Assembly: GCA_964016885.1 (NCBI GenBank)
Contig: OZ024741.1
Location: 299,770,001 to 299,834,000, forward strand
Length of the DNA: 64,000 nucleotides
Direction: 5' to 3'
Source: Eledone cirrhosa
Lineage: Eukaryota
Under the pieces are notes generated by a model. The model saw only the letters and a list, made by a program, of their open reading frames with translations, was not told the DNA's origin and ran no database searches. Position 1 is the stretch's first letter, and every line of letters starts with the position of its first letter. Positions 1-14,040 of the stretch are shown in pieces. The translations under genes and the position numbers were made by a program.

Positions 1-391
1 ATATCCTAATTATTTAAATCTACATAGCGTCTAAAAATAACGTTTTTTCAGCCCTATTCCTCAACTTCATTTGCATACTCATCTTAATAATTTGAAATAT
101 TTGACTTTTCTTCTCTTTCCCTTCTTTCCTTCACTATCCAGGAAACACTTCAATCGTTAAGTTATTTTGTCCTGGTTATGTCAATATTTATAAAACAAAC
201 TTTGTAATTTATCTGAAAGTGTTGGTACCCTTGACATATATATAATAGAATAAATATGGTTTTATAAATATGGTTTCCATTTATTTAATATCATTAAATA
301 TTATACTCCAGAAAACTTGTCGAGTGCTTTGAATCAGTTATAAACATTTATATTTGTTGAATTACCAACAAATTAAATATCCCTTTTGCAT

Positions 392-419
392 TATATATAT
401 ATATATATACATATACATA

Positions 420-497
<78 letters not shown>

Positions 498-515
498 TAT
501 GTATATGTATATATA
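392..515. repeat. (TA)n microsatellite with mirrored interruptions (palindrome)
   Basis: TA tract; CATATACATACATC (410-423) is the exact reverse complement of GATGTATGTATATG (494-507). Confidence 0.9.
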
Positions 516-1324
516 CATATATTTGTTTTGCAAGGTTTTTGATATCAAAAGTGTGTTGAAACAAATATTGTTATATTTGGGGAGGGTCGTATTGTTGTTA
601 TATTGCCAGAAATAATAATTGGTTTGCGTTGGTTTTCGTTTCTGTATCGTTTACATCTGCATCTCCATAGTTAATTCATCTGGTAATCTATGTTTGTCAT
701 TGATTGACCAACGGTTAAAAATACAGATATAAATATATAGTCTATGAAAGTTCCTTCGTCACACATCTGTGAAATCATCAGTGGTACACTTGTGTTTCCT
801 CCCGTTGTTTTGCAATGCCTACAGCATTTTTATTTTATTTATTTATTTGTTGTAGTCTCTGTCTCTGTTTGCGCATGCATTTGCGTGTTTGTTTCCTGTT
901 TGGTGTGTGTTTTTGTATTCTATCTTTGTTCACTAGTTAGTGCTTATGTGTGTTTGTTGTTATTGTACATGTGTATATATTTATTTTTATTTCCCTTAGT
1001 TCAGTATTGTTTGTTTGGTTATGAACAGAAAGAACGATGGAATAACAACACCAACCATACCCAAATATAATATATATATATATATATTTATAGTGTAAGA
1101 TAGTAATATGGACGTAAACAAGAGGAGAAATCCTTCATCAGCTGTTAACTGCGATCATAGATGTTTCGGCGTTTAAAACAGGACATCGAAATCGATCAGC
1201 AGCGCGCCCAAGGCCTTTTATCGAGGCCTTTTATCGAGGCCTTTTACGTATATTCCTCTCTGTGATTACACAGGGTATAATAAGGTTGGCCCTTGAATTG
1301 CAGTTGCAGTCGATCTGACAGACA

Positions 1325-1470
1325 CCCAAACAGTTTCCGTGAACCCACATTCACTCAAAAACCCTAGGTCGTTCCGTGATTATGATAAATGACACCAGTC
1401 CAGGATGCTACGCAATGCGATATAACCCGGAACCTTTTGATTGCGGAGTGAACTTCTTAATCATTCGACT
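1325..1470 (-). mobile_element. Decayed tRNA-derived SINE
   Basis: Minus strand has a degenerate tRNA-like head (GGTTCCGGGTTATATCGC) and a GAGTGAATGTGGGTTCACGGAAACTG body resembling the copy at 26.4-26.6 kb. Confidence 0.4.
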
Positions 1471-4312
1471 ATTATTTATCCAACACGCAAACATAATTAA
1501 TTATGAATATAGAAGGCGTTTGAAATAGATCGATTGACACCAATTGTTTATAGGATAATCGACTCATTAAAAAATATTAATTCAATAATCGAAACCTTTG
1601 TTAACAGCTGCTCCAACTTTGATAACTTTGATATTATTCTTTTTATCTGGTGTTTTTTAGCAAACTTTTAAGTTACTCGGAAGCAGTGTTTAGTAGAACA
1701 GGTGAAAATTTCATCGAAAAAAATATTTTGCTTTAAGACCCATAGTCGTATATTAATGCAATGTTTAACGAAAGGCGGATCGACTTCAAGATTAAAGATG
1801 AGATTTTTGTTGATATATTTTTTAAACACAGTTAATCTCAGTCGAAATATTTTCATAATTATATTCTAAGCTTAATAAATAAAAAAATAATTAGATAGTG
1901 GATGGAATGTGTCTCTGTATTTAGCGGAGTCTCGTCATATGCTGCACTGAAATGTTATGGACTGTTTAATTTATATTTAGCTACAGCTAGTTCGTGGATT
2001 CTGTTTTAAAATAAAAGATTCCAATACGCACGCTAGACGAGTCGTGGTCGTTCTTATGATTTGAAGTGCAGTGAATTGGGTTAATCGGTAGTGCGTCGTT
2101 CCTGACATTGACATATTGAGGTCGATTCTCTTTACGGGATTGATAAAATAAAGTACCCGTAAATCATTGGTGTCGATTTAATCAACTTTCCACACCCCTA
2201 AACATTTTTGGCATTTTGCCTAAATCAGAAACAAATATTACAATGTAAAAAAAGGTGGATTGGGAGATTTATTAGAACATCTTGGCTTATAACGTTTTGA
2301 GTTAAGATCCTAGCGAGGTCAAATTCATATTTTATTCTTTCAAGGTCGAAACACTGAGGTTGGTTTTCTTGTCCCCGCACCAATATTTCTGACCTTGTAA
2401 GTTTGATTATATCCCGACTAAAATATTTCAAATATATTTTTCTCCTTCTTTACAAGATACCTTAAATCTTTCGATATATTTTCAGTATTCATCATTGTTT
2501 CCAAACATTAATTATTGTCATCGCTTATGGTACGTTAATAATATACAGTTGCCTCTACAGAGACTTTAACGGAATTTGATGTAGAAACACATGACGTTCT
2601 TGGGACATTTTTGAAATCTGGCGGGGCCCATCATCCCCTATGTGTGAAGACAGTCCATTTCTTCCAGAGAAAGGGAGAGTGATATTGAAGAAAAGAAATG
2701 GATATATAGAGGAACAATCGAACCCGGTACTGGACTTGCGTTTTCTATCGAACTCTAAAGGACGGAAGACAAATTGGACGACGGAGGGATTTGGACTCAA
2801 AGCGCTGAGTTCCGTAATGAATACTGCAAATCTTTCTTGTCGACGTTCTAACGCTTCTCGTAATTCACCGACTCGATTTACGCATTTAAAAAAATCCATA
2901 ATATGTATTATTCATAATGTATTATTTACACGACAGAAATTCTCATCTTCGTAGTTAAAGTGTTTCAAACGCACTACTCACATAATGATTGCATTCAAAT
3001 TATTAATTAATGCACCACACGTTTTAATACTTAATGCGTGTTAAAATGTACGAGGGCATTTTACCGGATGTGTATTTAATATTTGTCCTACAGACCTCCT
3101 GCGAACATATACCTGTTTAGTAAATATTCAGATTGCTAAATCATGTTCATCGAAATGAAAACAAAATATCCTTTGTAAATAACAAAATAGAAGCATTTCA
3201 TTGTAGTCGTCGATTTATTAGAGGTCAAGATTCTATATTTGCAGCAGAAAACGCCACAGTCTTGACTGAATTTTCGATTAAGGCGGTAGATAAACATTAT
3301 TCTTAAAGTGATTATTATATATGAAAGGATCGGATGCAGGAGTATGTTAATTATATCTCAGAATCTGTCTCCTTCAACGATCTCCGATTCAAGGAGGCGA
3401 ACAAAGGGAATTTAGAATCATCAAATGAAATGTTATAATAAGATGACGATGCGTCCATCGATTGATTTGAGACTGCTTTGAGGTATTATTCCTTTATCGA
3501 ACGGAGATTGCTTTAGTGTCTTATTCTTGCATAAAGATGTGTCTTGTGTAGCGACGCATATGACACCTAAAGCTGCTATTCAAAATTGCATACTTCCTGC
3601 TCGTAACAAAGAAAATCGATACATCTTTATGCGCTGGGGAAAAACCTTACAAAGACGCGTTTTCAGGATTACAAGGGAATGTTGTTGAAGGCTCTTTTGA
3701 TTTTCATTATATCACGATTAACTTCAATTTTTTTCCCCGAGTTCCCAAGATACCATAAAACTATTAACCTTTTCTTCAGTTACTTTTTCAGTTTGCATCG
3801 TCTTCTAAACATTAATTACTTTTCATGGCTTTCGGTTGTTTTAATAATATACAGTTGAATATGCAGGAATTATCACGAGAATTGAAGTAATGTTTTAAAA
3901 TTAAATGGCAGATAATAACTTGGGTGTTTCTAAATTGAATCAACATCGAATTTTGTCCTTTAGAAATATTCAAATAATTTTGACCATCAGATGTCTATTA
4001 ATATATATGTATGTAATTTGAATATGCCCCAACAGTTTAGATAATACGTGTGCATAGTGCAAAATGCATCCATCATAAAAAAAGTCTGTAGCTAGGAGGC
4101 ATTTCCGCTCTATATGCATGAATGAGGGGCATACATTGAAGAAAGCGATAATATGAGGGCTTAAAATCCATAATAGAAATTGTTAACGAAACCTGCAGCA
4201 TAGTAATACATATTATGATTAGAGTAAAACAGAAGTCGCATATAGCATTTTATACAGCCATATATTTCATTCTATATGTATATTTCTACTTCAGCAATCA
4301 ATATTCACCGTA

Positions 4313-4560
<248 letters not shown>

Positions 4561-4951
4561 TGCATATGTAACTATATGAGCATGAGCATCGAGGAAGTGG
4601 TTTCCTAGACCTGCTAGTGACACACCCCTGGTAAGCAATATCGTGTATTACAAATAAACGTCACATATCAAGCGATGCCTGTGCATGAAGGTTTTTAAAT
4701 GAGGAAAAGCTTTGCATGGAGCTAATCCCACCCTTTGAAAATCGCATACATTTACCCAAATGGAAGAATTGTTCTAAATTATTGGATGCAAACGAAGGTG
4801 CAGGTTTTATATTAGAGTGACCTTCTCATAGATAGATGTCTATGAGTTTCTTCTGCCCTTTGATGGTTTTTGTGTTTATCCCGCAGAGTGTCCAACATCA
4901 TCCTCCTTAGAGAACACGCCTGGTTGGGTTGACAGTTTAGTCTCCGACGAG

Positions 4952-5017
<66 letters not shown>

Positions 5018-5228
5018 GTATAATACCTGCCAAAAATACAATAATAGGGTATATATGTGTATAGTAAAGAAATATTTCGTTGAATAATTGTTTGATTTCA
5101 TTATATGAGGACATTTGAAGCTGCAAGTTTTATTTGACCTTCATGAACTTTAACCTGTCATATTTTTATTTTAGGTAGCAAGCGAAGGAGCAGAAACAGT
5201 GTTAGTAGCAGTAGCAATATATGTATTG

Positions 5229-5244
5229 GTAGTAGTAGTAGTAC

Positions 5245-5298
<54 letters not shown>

Positions 5299-5308
5299 GA
5301 GTAGTAGT
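5229..5308. repeat. (TAG)n microsatellite
   Basis: Directly visible. Confidence 0.95.
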
Positions 5309-5831
5309 GGCTAAAGTAGCAACTGTAGCGTCCATGGTAGCAACAACAACAGTGCAGTAATATACGTGATAGTCATAGTAATGCTAGTGTCCACATCAAC
5401 AGCACTGACTCAATACTATGCACTCGGTGACATTTCTAGTAGTCTTCCCCGTAGTAGCTATACTACTCTTCTCAGAAAGACGATAACTAGGTAACGACAT
5501 TTTTTGTTTTATTTTTATGTTTTCATAAACCTTTCTAGACATGCATTTCATTATGTTTTATTATAATGATGATATATATATATATATATATATAAATGGA
5601 AAAAAATGAAATGAAATGAAATTTCTCACTCTGAGTAGGGCTGATACTTAAATATAAGTATGTTCACATACATACATATATGTATACATACGTACAGTAT
5701 ACAGACATGCACACATATATATGTACGTATGGGTTTACCGAACATTTATTATCATGTTTGGTTTGTTTGTAAACAAACAGCACGAATTAAGCCTACATAG
5801 TTCGGCAACCATCGACACCAATTGTCCAACA

Positions 5832-5900
5832 CTGACAAAGGAACGATGAACTAGTTTCAAGCTTATTAGCTATCGTCAGCATCGTATACCTTCCTGTAAG
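5832..5900 (-). ncRNA. Type I hammerhead ribozyme
   Basis: Minus strand: ACGATG CTGACGA T AGCT AATA AGCT T GAAA CTAG TT CATCGT; mirror of 6453-6521 with one change in the distal stem I. Confidence 0.85.
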
Positions 5901-6452
5901 ATGATTGAACGTTTGAAAGTATATACTTTCCTTGTGCATATTAACGGCTGAGCAGCCTAATTTGGATATCGGGTGAGTTAGTCGGCCGGGCGTACCGAAA
6001 ACGATAAATGGAAAATAATGAAATGAAATTTCATTTCTCACTCTTAGTACGGCTGATGCTTAAATATAAGTATGTATACGTACATACATATATGCATACA
6101 GACGTACAGTAGTATGTATATATATACATACATGCACACATATATATATGTATGTATCGGTTTACCGAACATTTATTATAATGTTCGGTAAGCCCATACG
6201 TACATATATATGTGTGCATGTATATATATATATATACATACTACTGTACGTATGTATACATATATGTATGTACGTATACATACTTATATTTACGTATCAG
6301 CCGTAATAAGAGTGAGAAATGAAATTTCATTTCATTCTTTTCCATTTATCGTTTTCGGTACGCCCGGCCGACTCACTCACTCGATATCCAAATTAGGCTG
6401 CTCAGCCGTTAATATGCATAAGGAAAGTATATACTTTCAAACGTTCAATCAT

Positions 6453-6521
6453 CTGACAGGAAGGTATACGATGCTGACGATAGCTAATAAGCTTGAAACT
6501 AGTTCATCGTTCCTTTGTCAG
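6453..6521 (+). ncRNA. Type I hammerhead ribozyme
   Basis: Stem I ACGATG/CATCGT (extended by CTGACA/TGTCAG), core CTGACGA 6474-6480, stem II AGCT/AGCT, GAAA 6495-6498, palindromic stem III AACTAGTT, GUU cleavage predicted after 6504. Confidence 0.9.
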
Positions 6522-6788
6522 TGTTGGACAAAAGGGTGTCGATGGTTGCCGAACTCTGTAGGCTTAACTCGTGCTGTTTGTTTACAAACAAACCAAACAT
6601 GATAATAGATTTTCAGTAAACCTATATATATATATATATATATACGTGTGTGTGTGTGTTTGTGTTTGTATGTGTGTGTTCGTGTGCGTTTATGTGTGTG
6701 TGTGTGTGTATTTTAATGTTCACATTTAAATGTATAATATATTTACATATTAGCAGATACACTTGAAAATAGATTTAGGTATTTACAC

Positions 6789-6935
<147 letters not shown>

Positions 6936-7489
6936 GCATTTGTATTATACAACGGCTAAGTATGAATATAATTAATAGATCTGAGATTTATCAAGTTATA
7001 TATAAATTAATACTTCAGGCTCATCTACTAAATTATATATACAATTGAACTATATCTGTTTTTGTAATCATTCAGCTCTATGTATATACGTTTTGTTAGT
7101 AATGTTGTGGTAAGTATAAAGTATACAATTCTGTGTGATGGCGGGTATACATGAGCTCATACGTCTGCATGCATTTGATTGTGTTGTAATGCCCATGGAT
7201 GCAAATGCCAGCTTATATGATGCAATCGTATGTATGTATAAATAGGTTGTGAGCATGGAGAGCTTCATCTTTTGCAGGGTGGGACTGACATGTCCGATGG
7301 GCTAAATAGGCATGCGTGTGAATACGGACTTGATGGTAATATGTGTGTAGAGGTATATATGTGTGGTATATATGGGTGTTGTGCATGTAAACATGTATTG
7401 CATGGTGGCTGGAGTCGTATGTGAGTGTATGTGTGTGTGTTTGTATATGAGAGCAAAGATGAAAAGATGTTATAGAGACTGAGTAAAGG

Positions 7490-9120
7490 TAGGGGCAATT
7501 GAATTAATTCGGTAAAGTAATTTCAATCCGTGATGTGAAATTATTCTTGAGAGAGAGAAGTATTCAGTAGAATGGTTAGGAGAATGGAAGTGACGATGAC
7601 GTGGGTGCTGTTTCCACGTCGTAGGTCCCGCAGTTGTTCTGCAAATGCCTCGTCAGACGGGGACCTGTTTGTGCGATGTATAAGTAAAGAGAACACCGGA
7701 GGGCATATACGACGGTTGTAGAAGTACAGGGAAAAAGTGGCGAATTTGAAAAGAACAGTTCGTACTTCTGGAACTGGTTATGTAGGGAAAGGTATTACAG
7801 CGAAAGTGGGAGAGGGACAGAATCACTGTCGAGTCTTGGGGAAGGCAGACAGGAAACTATGTACCAGAAGATCACCGAGATTACGGGCACGCTTAAAGGT
7901 GGTGTTGAGTGGGGGAGGATATAAATGTGAGGTGACGCGTTCAGAAATGACAGTTCGAATGCAAAGAAGGAATCAGTGACATAGAAGATGGTTGTTAGAT
8001 GAGAGATAAGACAAGCCGGCATTGGGGGATCACTGGGTGAGAGGCTTGTGGTGCTGTCAGTTTCACGGGCGCAGTGAAGGGCAGTTTGGATGAAACTGGG
8101 AATATATCCTTGCTGGATGAAGCGAGTTGACAAGCTTTGGGACTGGTTCTCGTTGTTGTGGTCTTGGCTGTAGAGCCAACAAAGGCAAGGGAATTGGGAT
8201 TTGGGTATGGATAGTTTGGTATGATAGGTGTTGTCATCAAATTTGGAGTGAGAATTAATAGGTTTGTAGCAGATGGAAATAGAGAGGATGTGGTGTGTAT
8301 ATAGTTGATATAGATAGAAATCCGACGGAAGATTCGGAGGTGGTGGTGGTGAACATATGTGTAGGATGAAACGACTCGACGAAGGAAAGAAATGAGTCAA
8401 ACTGTTCACGGGAAAGTGATGGTGTTGGTACACTCGTCGATATAACGACTGTATATATCAGCAGTGGATCCAGTGTATTGGGAGAAATTCTGTGTCTCAT
8501 CTTATCCAACGAACACGTTAGTAAGGTTCGGGCCCATTCTTGTTCCCATGGCTACATCAGAGATCTGCTAGGAAAACTTCGGAAAATAAAAAAAAACAAT
8601 TGAGAGTAGGATCAATCTTAGCAAGGCGGGGGAAATGTGGATGTCCTCTTTCAATGGGGAACTCGCAAGCGGAAACGATAGGACGGCCAGAATATTAATG
8701 TTTATGTATCTTGGGCAGGAAGTAGATGATGGTAGTGCGAGGTGTGCGTACTATAAGATTTGAGCCAGTGGGATGGTGGGAGATGTGGACATCAGTTGGC
8801 AGATGGTATATGGCAAGATCTGTTGGTAGCCTGGGGTGGGATCAGAAGATAAAGACGCTTTATGATTATGGTGTGGGGACTTGTAGTCCGCACAGTGAGA
8901 TTGGTAGAACGAGAAGATTTATTGAAATTGAAGTGGCTTAATGTACATCTTCACGTGTCCATGAAGGAGTCGAGGGCACTGAACTAGCCGAAGCTCGGTT
9001 TCACTGGTCACCGGTCAAGACAGGAATATCTTACTTTGATTGTATGAAGGTTAAAGATCTGATAGTATGTGAGCTAAGATCTACTTTCCACCATTAGATT
9101 TAACACCCAATGAGAAAGGT
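7490..9120 (-). mobile_element. Decayed Penelope-like element (Neptune-like RT + GIY-YIG)
   Basis: Manual minus-strand translation: IYFLPKIHK*YSGRPIVSACE (~8660-8730), VAMGTRMGPN (~8525-8555), RYIDEC (~8430-8448), SIPKSQF (ORF 7795..8433), CTSTTVVYALRC..LYIAQTG (~7660-7730); many stops and frameshifts. Ends approximate. Confidence 0.8.
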
Positions 9121-9149
9121 GTGGTGAGCCAGATTTTGGCTATATTTCT

Positions 9150-9780
9150 ATTTTTTCCTATTAGATAATGGAATATATCCTTTCGACAAACCGGCATTGT
9201 GTGAGGCTGTGTTATAATAGGGTTTAACCTATAGAAAAGAGTTTGGTTTGAACAGAGGCTAGAGATCTACTTGCTAAAGTTCATAGCTAAATTTTGTGCC
9301 AGGAATATACAATTATCCCTTCTGCATAAGAAACAGAACCCCCATGTATATGGATGCTCAAGTAAAAACTCTATTTCATACACGCTGGATACACAATGCA
9401 GCACCCCAGCCATAATATACGAAGCTGAGGTCTCTTGGTTGAGTCATCGCCACCAAAATGTATCCTGGAAATACGTCAGTATGTCATAGAGCCGGTCTAA
9501 TAATCACTTCCTTAATCATGAAGCGACCTTCAGATACTCAAATAAAAGAAATACGACAAATTTGGCGAATAAAATACGGCAAGTGAAAGACAAGAACATG
9601 ACCTCCCCATTTAATATAAGATACTGGAAAAATTTCGATCCTATATAAAGAGGCCCAAAGGCTGCAGATTATGCAATGTCGAGATATGGGGGATAGTGAA
9701 TGATCTTCAAAACAAACACCTTAACAAATATACACAATTTTTTCACAACGTTTTCACGTTTTTAAGTATTCAATATTGAT
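9150..9780 (+). mobile_element. Decayed PLE 3' fragment (Nematis-like GIY-YIG)
   Basis: Translation across frameshifts: LDTQCSTPAIIYEAEV...KYVSMS...NHEATFRYSNKRNTTNLANKI...GCRLCNVEIWGI...HLNK, matching the EN layout at 16.1-16.5 kb and 53.5-53.9 kb. Confidence 0.7.
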
Positions 9781-11124
9781 TTATTTGTTCCCACAAAAGT
9801 ATATCTTAATTTATTGAGGAATTGCTAGTCTCCTCTAATCTACTGGGTAGTTAGAGTTTGTGCGCATTTTACTTTTAAAATTGTCTACCCTAGACCAATT
9901 ATACCATTATTTGCCGTTGGTTAGGGCTCTCCTATTTTTCGTTATTTTTTAATTTCCGTGCTGAGTAATCATTTTCCGTTTCATAGTCATCAACACTGTT
10001 TAAACAAGTTATTACCTCTTACGAATCTTTACGTTCTGATTGCAATGCCTGGGACACCATTGCTCCCAAATTGTATTGGATTTGACTTTCCATTATGCAA
10101 GATAGGCAGTGTGGAGTTGAGAGATTTCCTGCATGAGCAACGGCTTATTTTTCGTGATCCTTAGTTTTCTAGTATATAGTTGCTATTGCTAATTTGATAA
10201 GTGGATTACTTCCCTCGTTGTCGTTTTTGGAAATGATGTCATATTTTTGCACATATATATTTGAGCAGTAATTCTATATTGATAAAGTTATTTTAATATA
10301 TGAATTCAGAAGAATCCAATATGCATGGCTTGTGTGTTCATCAAAGTGCATATTCTTTTTACTAATAAAGGCATAAAAAACATGAAGTGCTTTACTCCTT
10401 CAAAATAACATGAAAATTGATACAACATATGACTTAATCACAGCTTAAAGCTGTGATTCGCCTTTGTTGATCTCTAGTTTCTGTGGAATTGAATTATTTT
10501 ATGTCTCTATAACCACACAATTCTCCATGAACGAACAGTCTAGGATATGACCTGAAATACCGTCTACTTATAGACAGTTAGCATTTCGTCATTGATGAAT
10601 GCAAATCATAGATAAGACTCGAATAATACGGATCAGGATAGAATGTCAAAGATATGTGATAGTTTAAAAAATTATTATATATATATATATATATATACAG
10701 ATAGAGAGAGAATGAGGAAAGTAATTGGAAGAGAAACTAACTGTTATTCGATCATTTACGATCCAACAATTACAAAGAGGAAAATGTAAAGAATGCTTGC
10801 AGAAATATTGTTTTTACATTGTAAATAGAGCTGACGCCATAAGATTGACTTACTTTAAACGAGCTAAAGCGAACTTTAGGAAGTGCAATAAAATAAAAAT
10901 AATACATTACTGGATACAATAATATATATTTATGTATGTGTGTGTGGTGTGTGAGTGTGCCTGAGTGGGTGTGTGTGTGTACGTATGCACGTATTCATAT
11001 ATAGAAGCAAACTTAAAAACAAATACAAAAAAAGTTCAGTGATTCCTTTCTGCATGTGGACTGTAATACCATTCACATTGACAGAAGGTAGAATTTGAAT
11101 ATTGCAGTCATTCTACTATAAGTA

Positions 11125-11227
11125 ATTGTTTCTACTTTAGGCACAAGGCCAACAATTACCCAGTGCATTACTGGTACTTTATTTTATCGATCCTGTAAGG
11201 ATGAAAGGCAAAGTCAACCTCGGCGGG
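11125..11227 (-). mobile_element. 5'-truncated SINE with 15-bp target-site duplication
   Basis: Reverse complement of the SINE core GCCGAGGTTGACTTTGCCTTTCATCCTTAC..GATAAAATAAAGTACCAG; TSD ATTCTACTATAAGTA at 11110-11124 and 11228-11242. Confidence 0.85.
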
Positions 11228-12470
11228 ATTCTACTATAAGTATTGATATCTTCTCGAGAGTATTGTCTTCCTCTTACTGATTACAATGTTATCCATGTTT
11301 ATGTATCGTAGGCGGTGGTGTAGCAAAATCTTTAACCTTCTTTATTTATATTATTTATCCTCTGATTTCATGGCATGACTAGATTGTTTGACTTTTTAAA
11401 TACCGGTAATATAAACCGAAAACAATCAATCGACTCCACTCTTCTTTTATTTTATCTCCATGTGTACACAAAGAAGCATTTAGAAAACGGAGCTAGCAAG
11501 ACACAGTCGTGCTATATTGCCGGATTAAATATATTATAGAATGCCTCTTCTCAGTTAATATCATTTCTCGTCTATGAAGTTGTGCGTTAACACAATATAC
11601 CTCAAGCATAATTTGAGATCCTCGTAGAAGACATCATTATAACCCACATAAAATAATTATGTAAATATAATTTCCATCTAGTTATAATCGATATCTTTCA
11701 TGTGTTCATTACATTCGATTATTATGCTATTTAGTTATGTATATGGATGAGCCATAACTGAAATAGTTAAACACTAATTACATTTTGCGATTTCTATTGG
11801 AAACTTGCAGTGTTCTTGACTGTTCGATTCTCCAGTCACTTTGTAAAACGTAGAAGTCACAAAATAAGTTCAATGTATTCAACTTAAATTCCTGTAAGAT
11901 GGTGTGTGAAACACTTAGCGTATCAGAAGATTTTAAACGTTTGGTAACTTATCCTGTGATGTGTAGATGGGAGTCATTATATGGATAGTGTAACACACAG
12001 TCTATCGGGCAATTTGAAGAACTACATTTGTGGAGCAGAAGATCGGTGATAGAGGTAGAATAGACAGAGTGAAGAAACTGTAACTTTCTGCTTAATTGAT
12101 ACTAATTGTTGGGTAACTTTGGCTGAATCTTCACCAAACCTAGAGAAATAATTTCTGAATTTGTTCACCTGTTATGTGTGTGGAATTCCATGACAAACTC
12201 AGACATCGATCTGGTATTCAAAGTTTGTTTTCGGATGAAGATTGAGGTATTTCAGGTAAGTTAAAACATGGTAGCGTGCGATACAATTTTGGGCTGAATA
12301 GGTATCGATTCCTTTAATTATGTTTTTAATATTATTATTTGCATTGTAGTGATGAAAAAGCATTGCTTATTACTTTTCTTATTGTCCATTCTTGATAATA
12401 ATAAAGATATAGACATCTGCGTTTATTCTCACTTTCTGGCATATAAATAATCGTACTTAAGAATGTTATC

Positions 12471-12532
<62 letters not shown>

Positions 12533-13694
12533 AATATGGAGGAGCGTAGGGTTGGAGTAGTTTTTTCGTAGGGGTATGTCATCGGCTATAAAATATTGAA
12601 GTATAGTGGACTTTTGTAAAAGTCTTACCTTGTATGAATTACACCACTCTACCAAGATAACATAAAGGAACTTACTGCAAATGCTTCCTTCATAATGTCC
12701 CTCACAAGTGTTATGTCAAAACAAGAGTATATTAGATCTAACCCCGACGACTTGATTCCGAACAGAATGTCTTATCCACGTGACCATGCCTTCTTCCATA
12801 ATTATCAGTCACTACTCTGACGTGAATTATTTTGGGGATAGATCTATTTGAACGAATATATCGTATATTGAATAGTTTGGCCATGCAAAGTATATTCCAG
12901 GATTTTTCATATGAGAATATGATTCGTATAACGAAATCACACATAATGATTTAAAGAGTGTTTGTGATGTGTAAATACCTTTGACCTTCAGCCATGTTGA
13001 TGTTTCTATAATTCTATAATATATTTATTATTTTTCCCAGGAAAGGCATTTATGAGTTTAGGTATTAACAGAATATCTGTGAAAAATATTTCCTTTACGT
13101 GACTTGCATTCCAACGTTAGATTTAAATACGAAAATACTGATGAATTAAGTATACTGCCTAGCTTGTAAACTAAGTAATAACGTATAGGAAATGATTACC
13201 GCATGAAGCATTTTATAGTTAGATATATTAATACTTCTTATGAATGTACTAAAGATGTTTCGTAGAGGATCTCCAGGGAAATAAAATGTATTTGTTTTAT
13301 CGTTACAACTCGCAAAAAACACCAAAGAAAATCACCCTATTAATTCGAATAAAAAAATGAAGCTACAATGCAATCGGTCGGATATGCTTGAAGTAGCAAC
13401 CGAATGCTTCTCAGAAAAGACCATACATTATTTAAGCATTTAAGAACGCATTGGATAATATAATCAACGACACGTTTCAATGAAACGATGGCTCAGGCTA
13501 GTACGTTTTAGAAAAAATACTCAACAACTTGTTTAAGTAGACGAAATATGCTTGGACGTCCACTAGAGCGGACAGTCCTCTTAATGGGTGGTAGATTTAA
13601 ACCGATCTCTGTTTTAGCACTACCACCCCTCCCTTACAAGGCGTTAGTGGAGTACACTCTGTTACAAACATTCAGTCCAAAACGGTTGTCTAAT

Positions 13695-13970
13695 GATGAT
13701 TTTCCTCTTTTTCCACGACTCTAGATGACCTGAAATGGTTTATCAGTTGGTGTGCTCTAACTTATCTAAGCTATATACAACACTACAACGAAATCAACTG
13801 CTAATATCCACCACCAATCTTCCATTACCCATAGCTAACCTTTATACTTTCGTAATAATAGCAAATTTATAGGGGGTGGAATAAGATATGGTGGTGGAAT
13901 AACTGAGGGAGTTAGAATAAATAGCGGGGAATACGTATGGGATGAATAATCGTGAGGGTTAGAAAATTGA
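13695..13970. mobile_element. Possible decayed MITE / fold-back element
   Basis: Nested complementary blocks: TCCACCACCA/TGGTGGTGGA, TCTAACT/AGTTAGA, CACGA/TCGTG. Confidence 0.3.
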
Positions 13971-14040
13971 CACTTTTAGAAAACCAGAATTAGTCTTTCG
14001 TTTACATATTGAGACCCCAACCCATCCTCATTATTTTTTT

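Larger units (their letters stand above)
5592..6622. mobile_element. Non-autonomous HHR-bearing (retrozyme-like) element: ~412-427 bp unit, partial tandem plus inverted copy, in (TA)n
   Basis: 5592-5750 recurs at 6004-6178 (offset 412 at the start); 6179-6622 is the reverse complement of ~5731-6172; TA tracts flank both ends; one HHR per arm; no credible coding ORF. Confidence 0.85.

Noticed and set aside
745-790. Minus-strand CTGATGA followed by a TCACA/TGTGA hairpin
   Set aside because: GAAG instead of GAAA and no stem I partner.
1125-1205. Minus-strand GAAAC...CTGATGA hammerhead-like boxes
   Set aside because: Stems I-III cannot be formed without several mismatches and there is no valid NUH geometry; at most a relic.
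1211-1246. 13-bp unit AGGCCTTTTATCG repeated ~2.7 times
   Set aside because: Simple slippage duplication with no spacers; not CRISPR-like.
5793-6602. Near-identical peptides on opposite strands (ORFs 5793..6041 and 6210..6602)
   Set aside because: A by-product of the inverted repeat; the conserved signal is the RNA structure, and one ORF begins in microsatellite.
11899-12261. Possible hAT transposase relic (LVTYPVMCRWESLYG) and a strong CAG|GTAAGT donor
   Set aside because: Multiple stops, one weak motif and no matching open exon; cannot be supported without searches.
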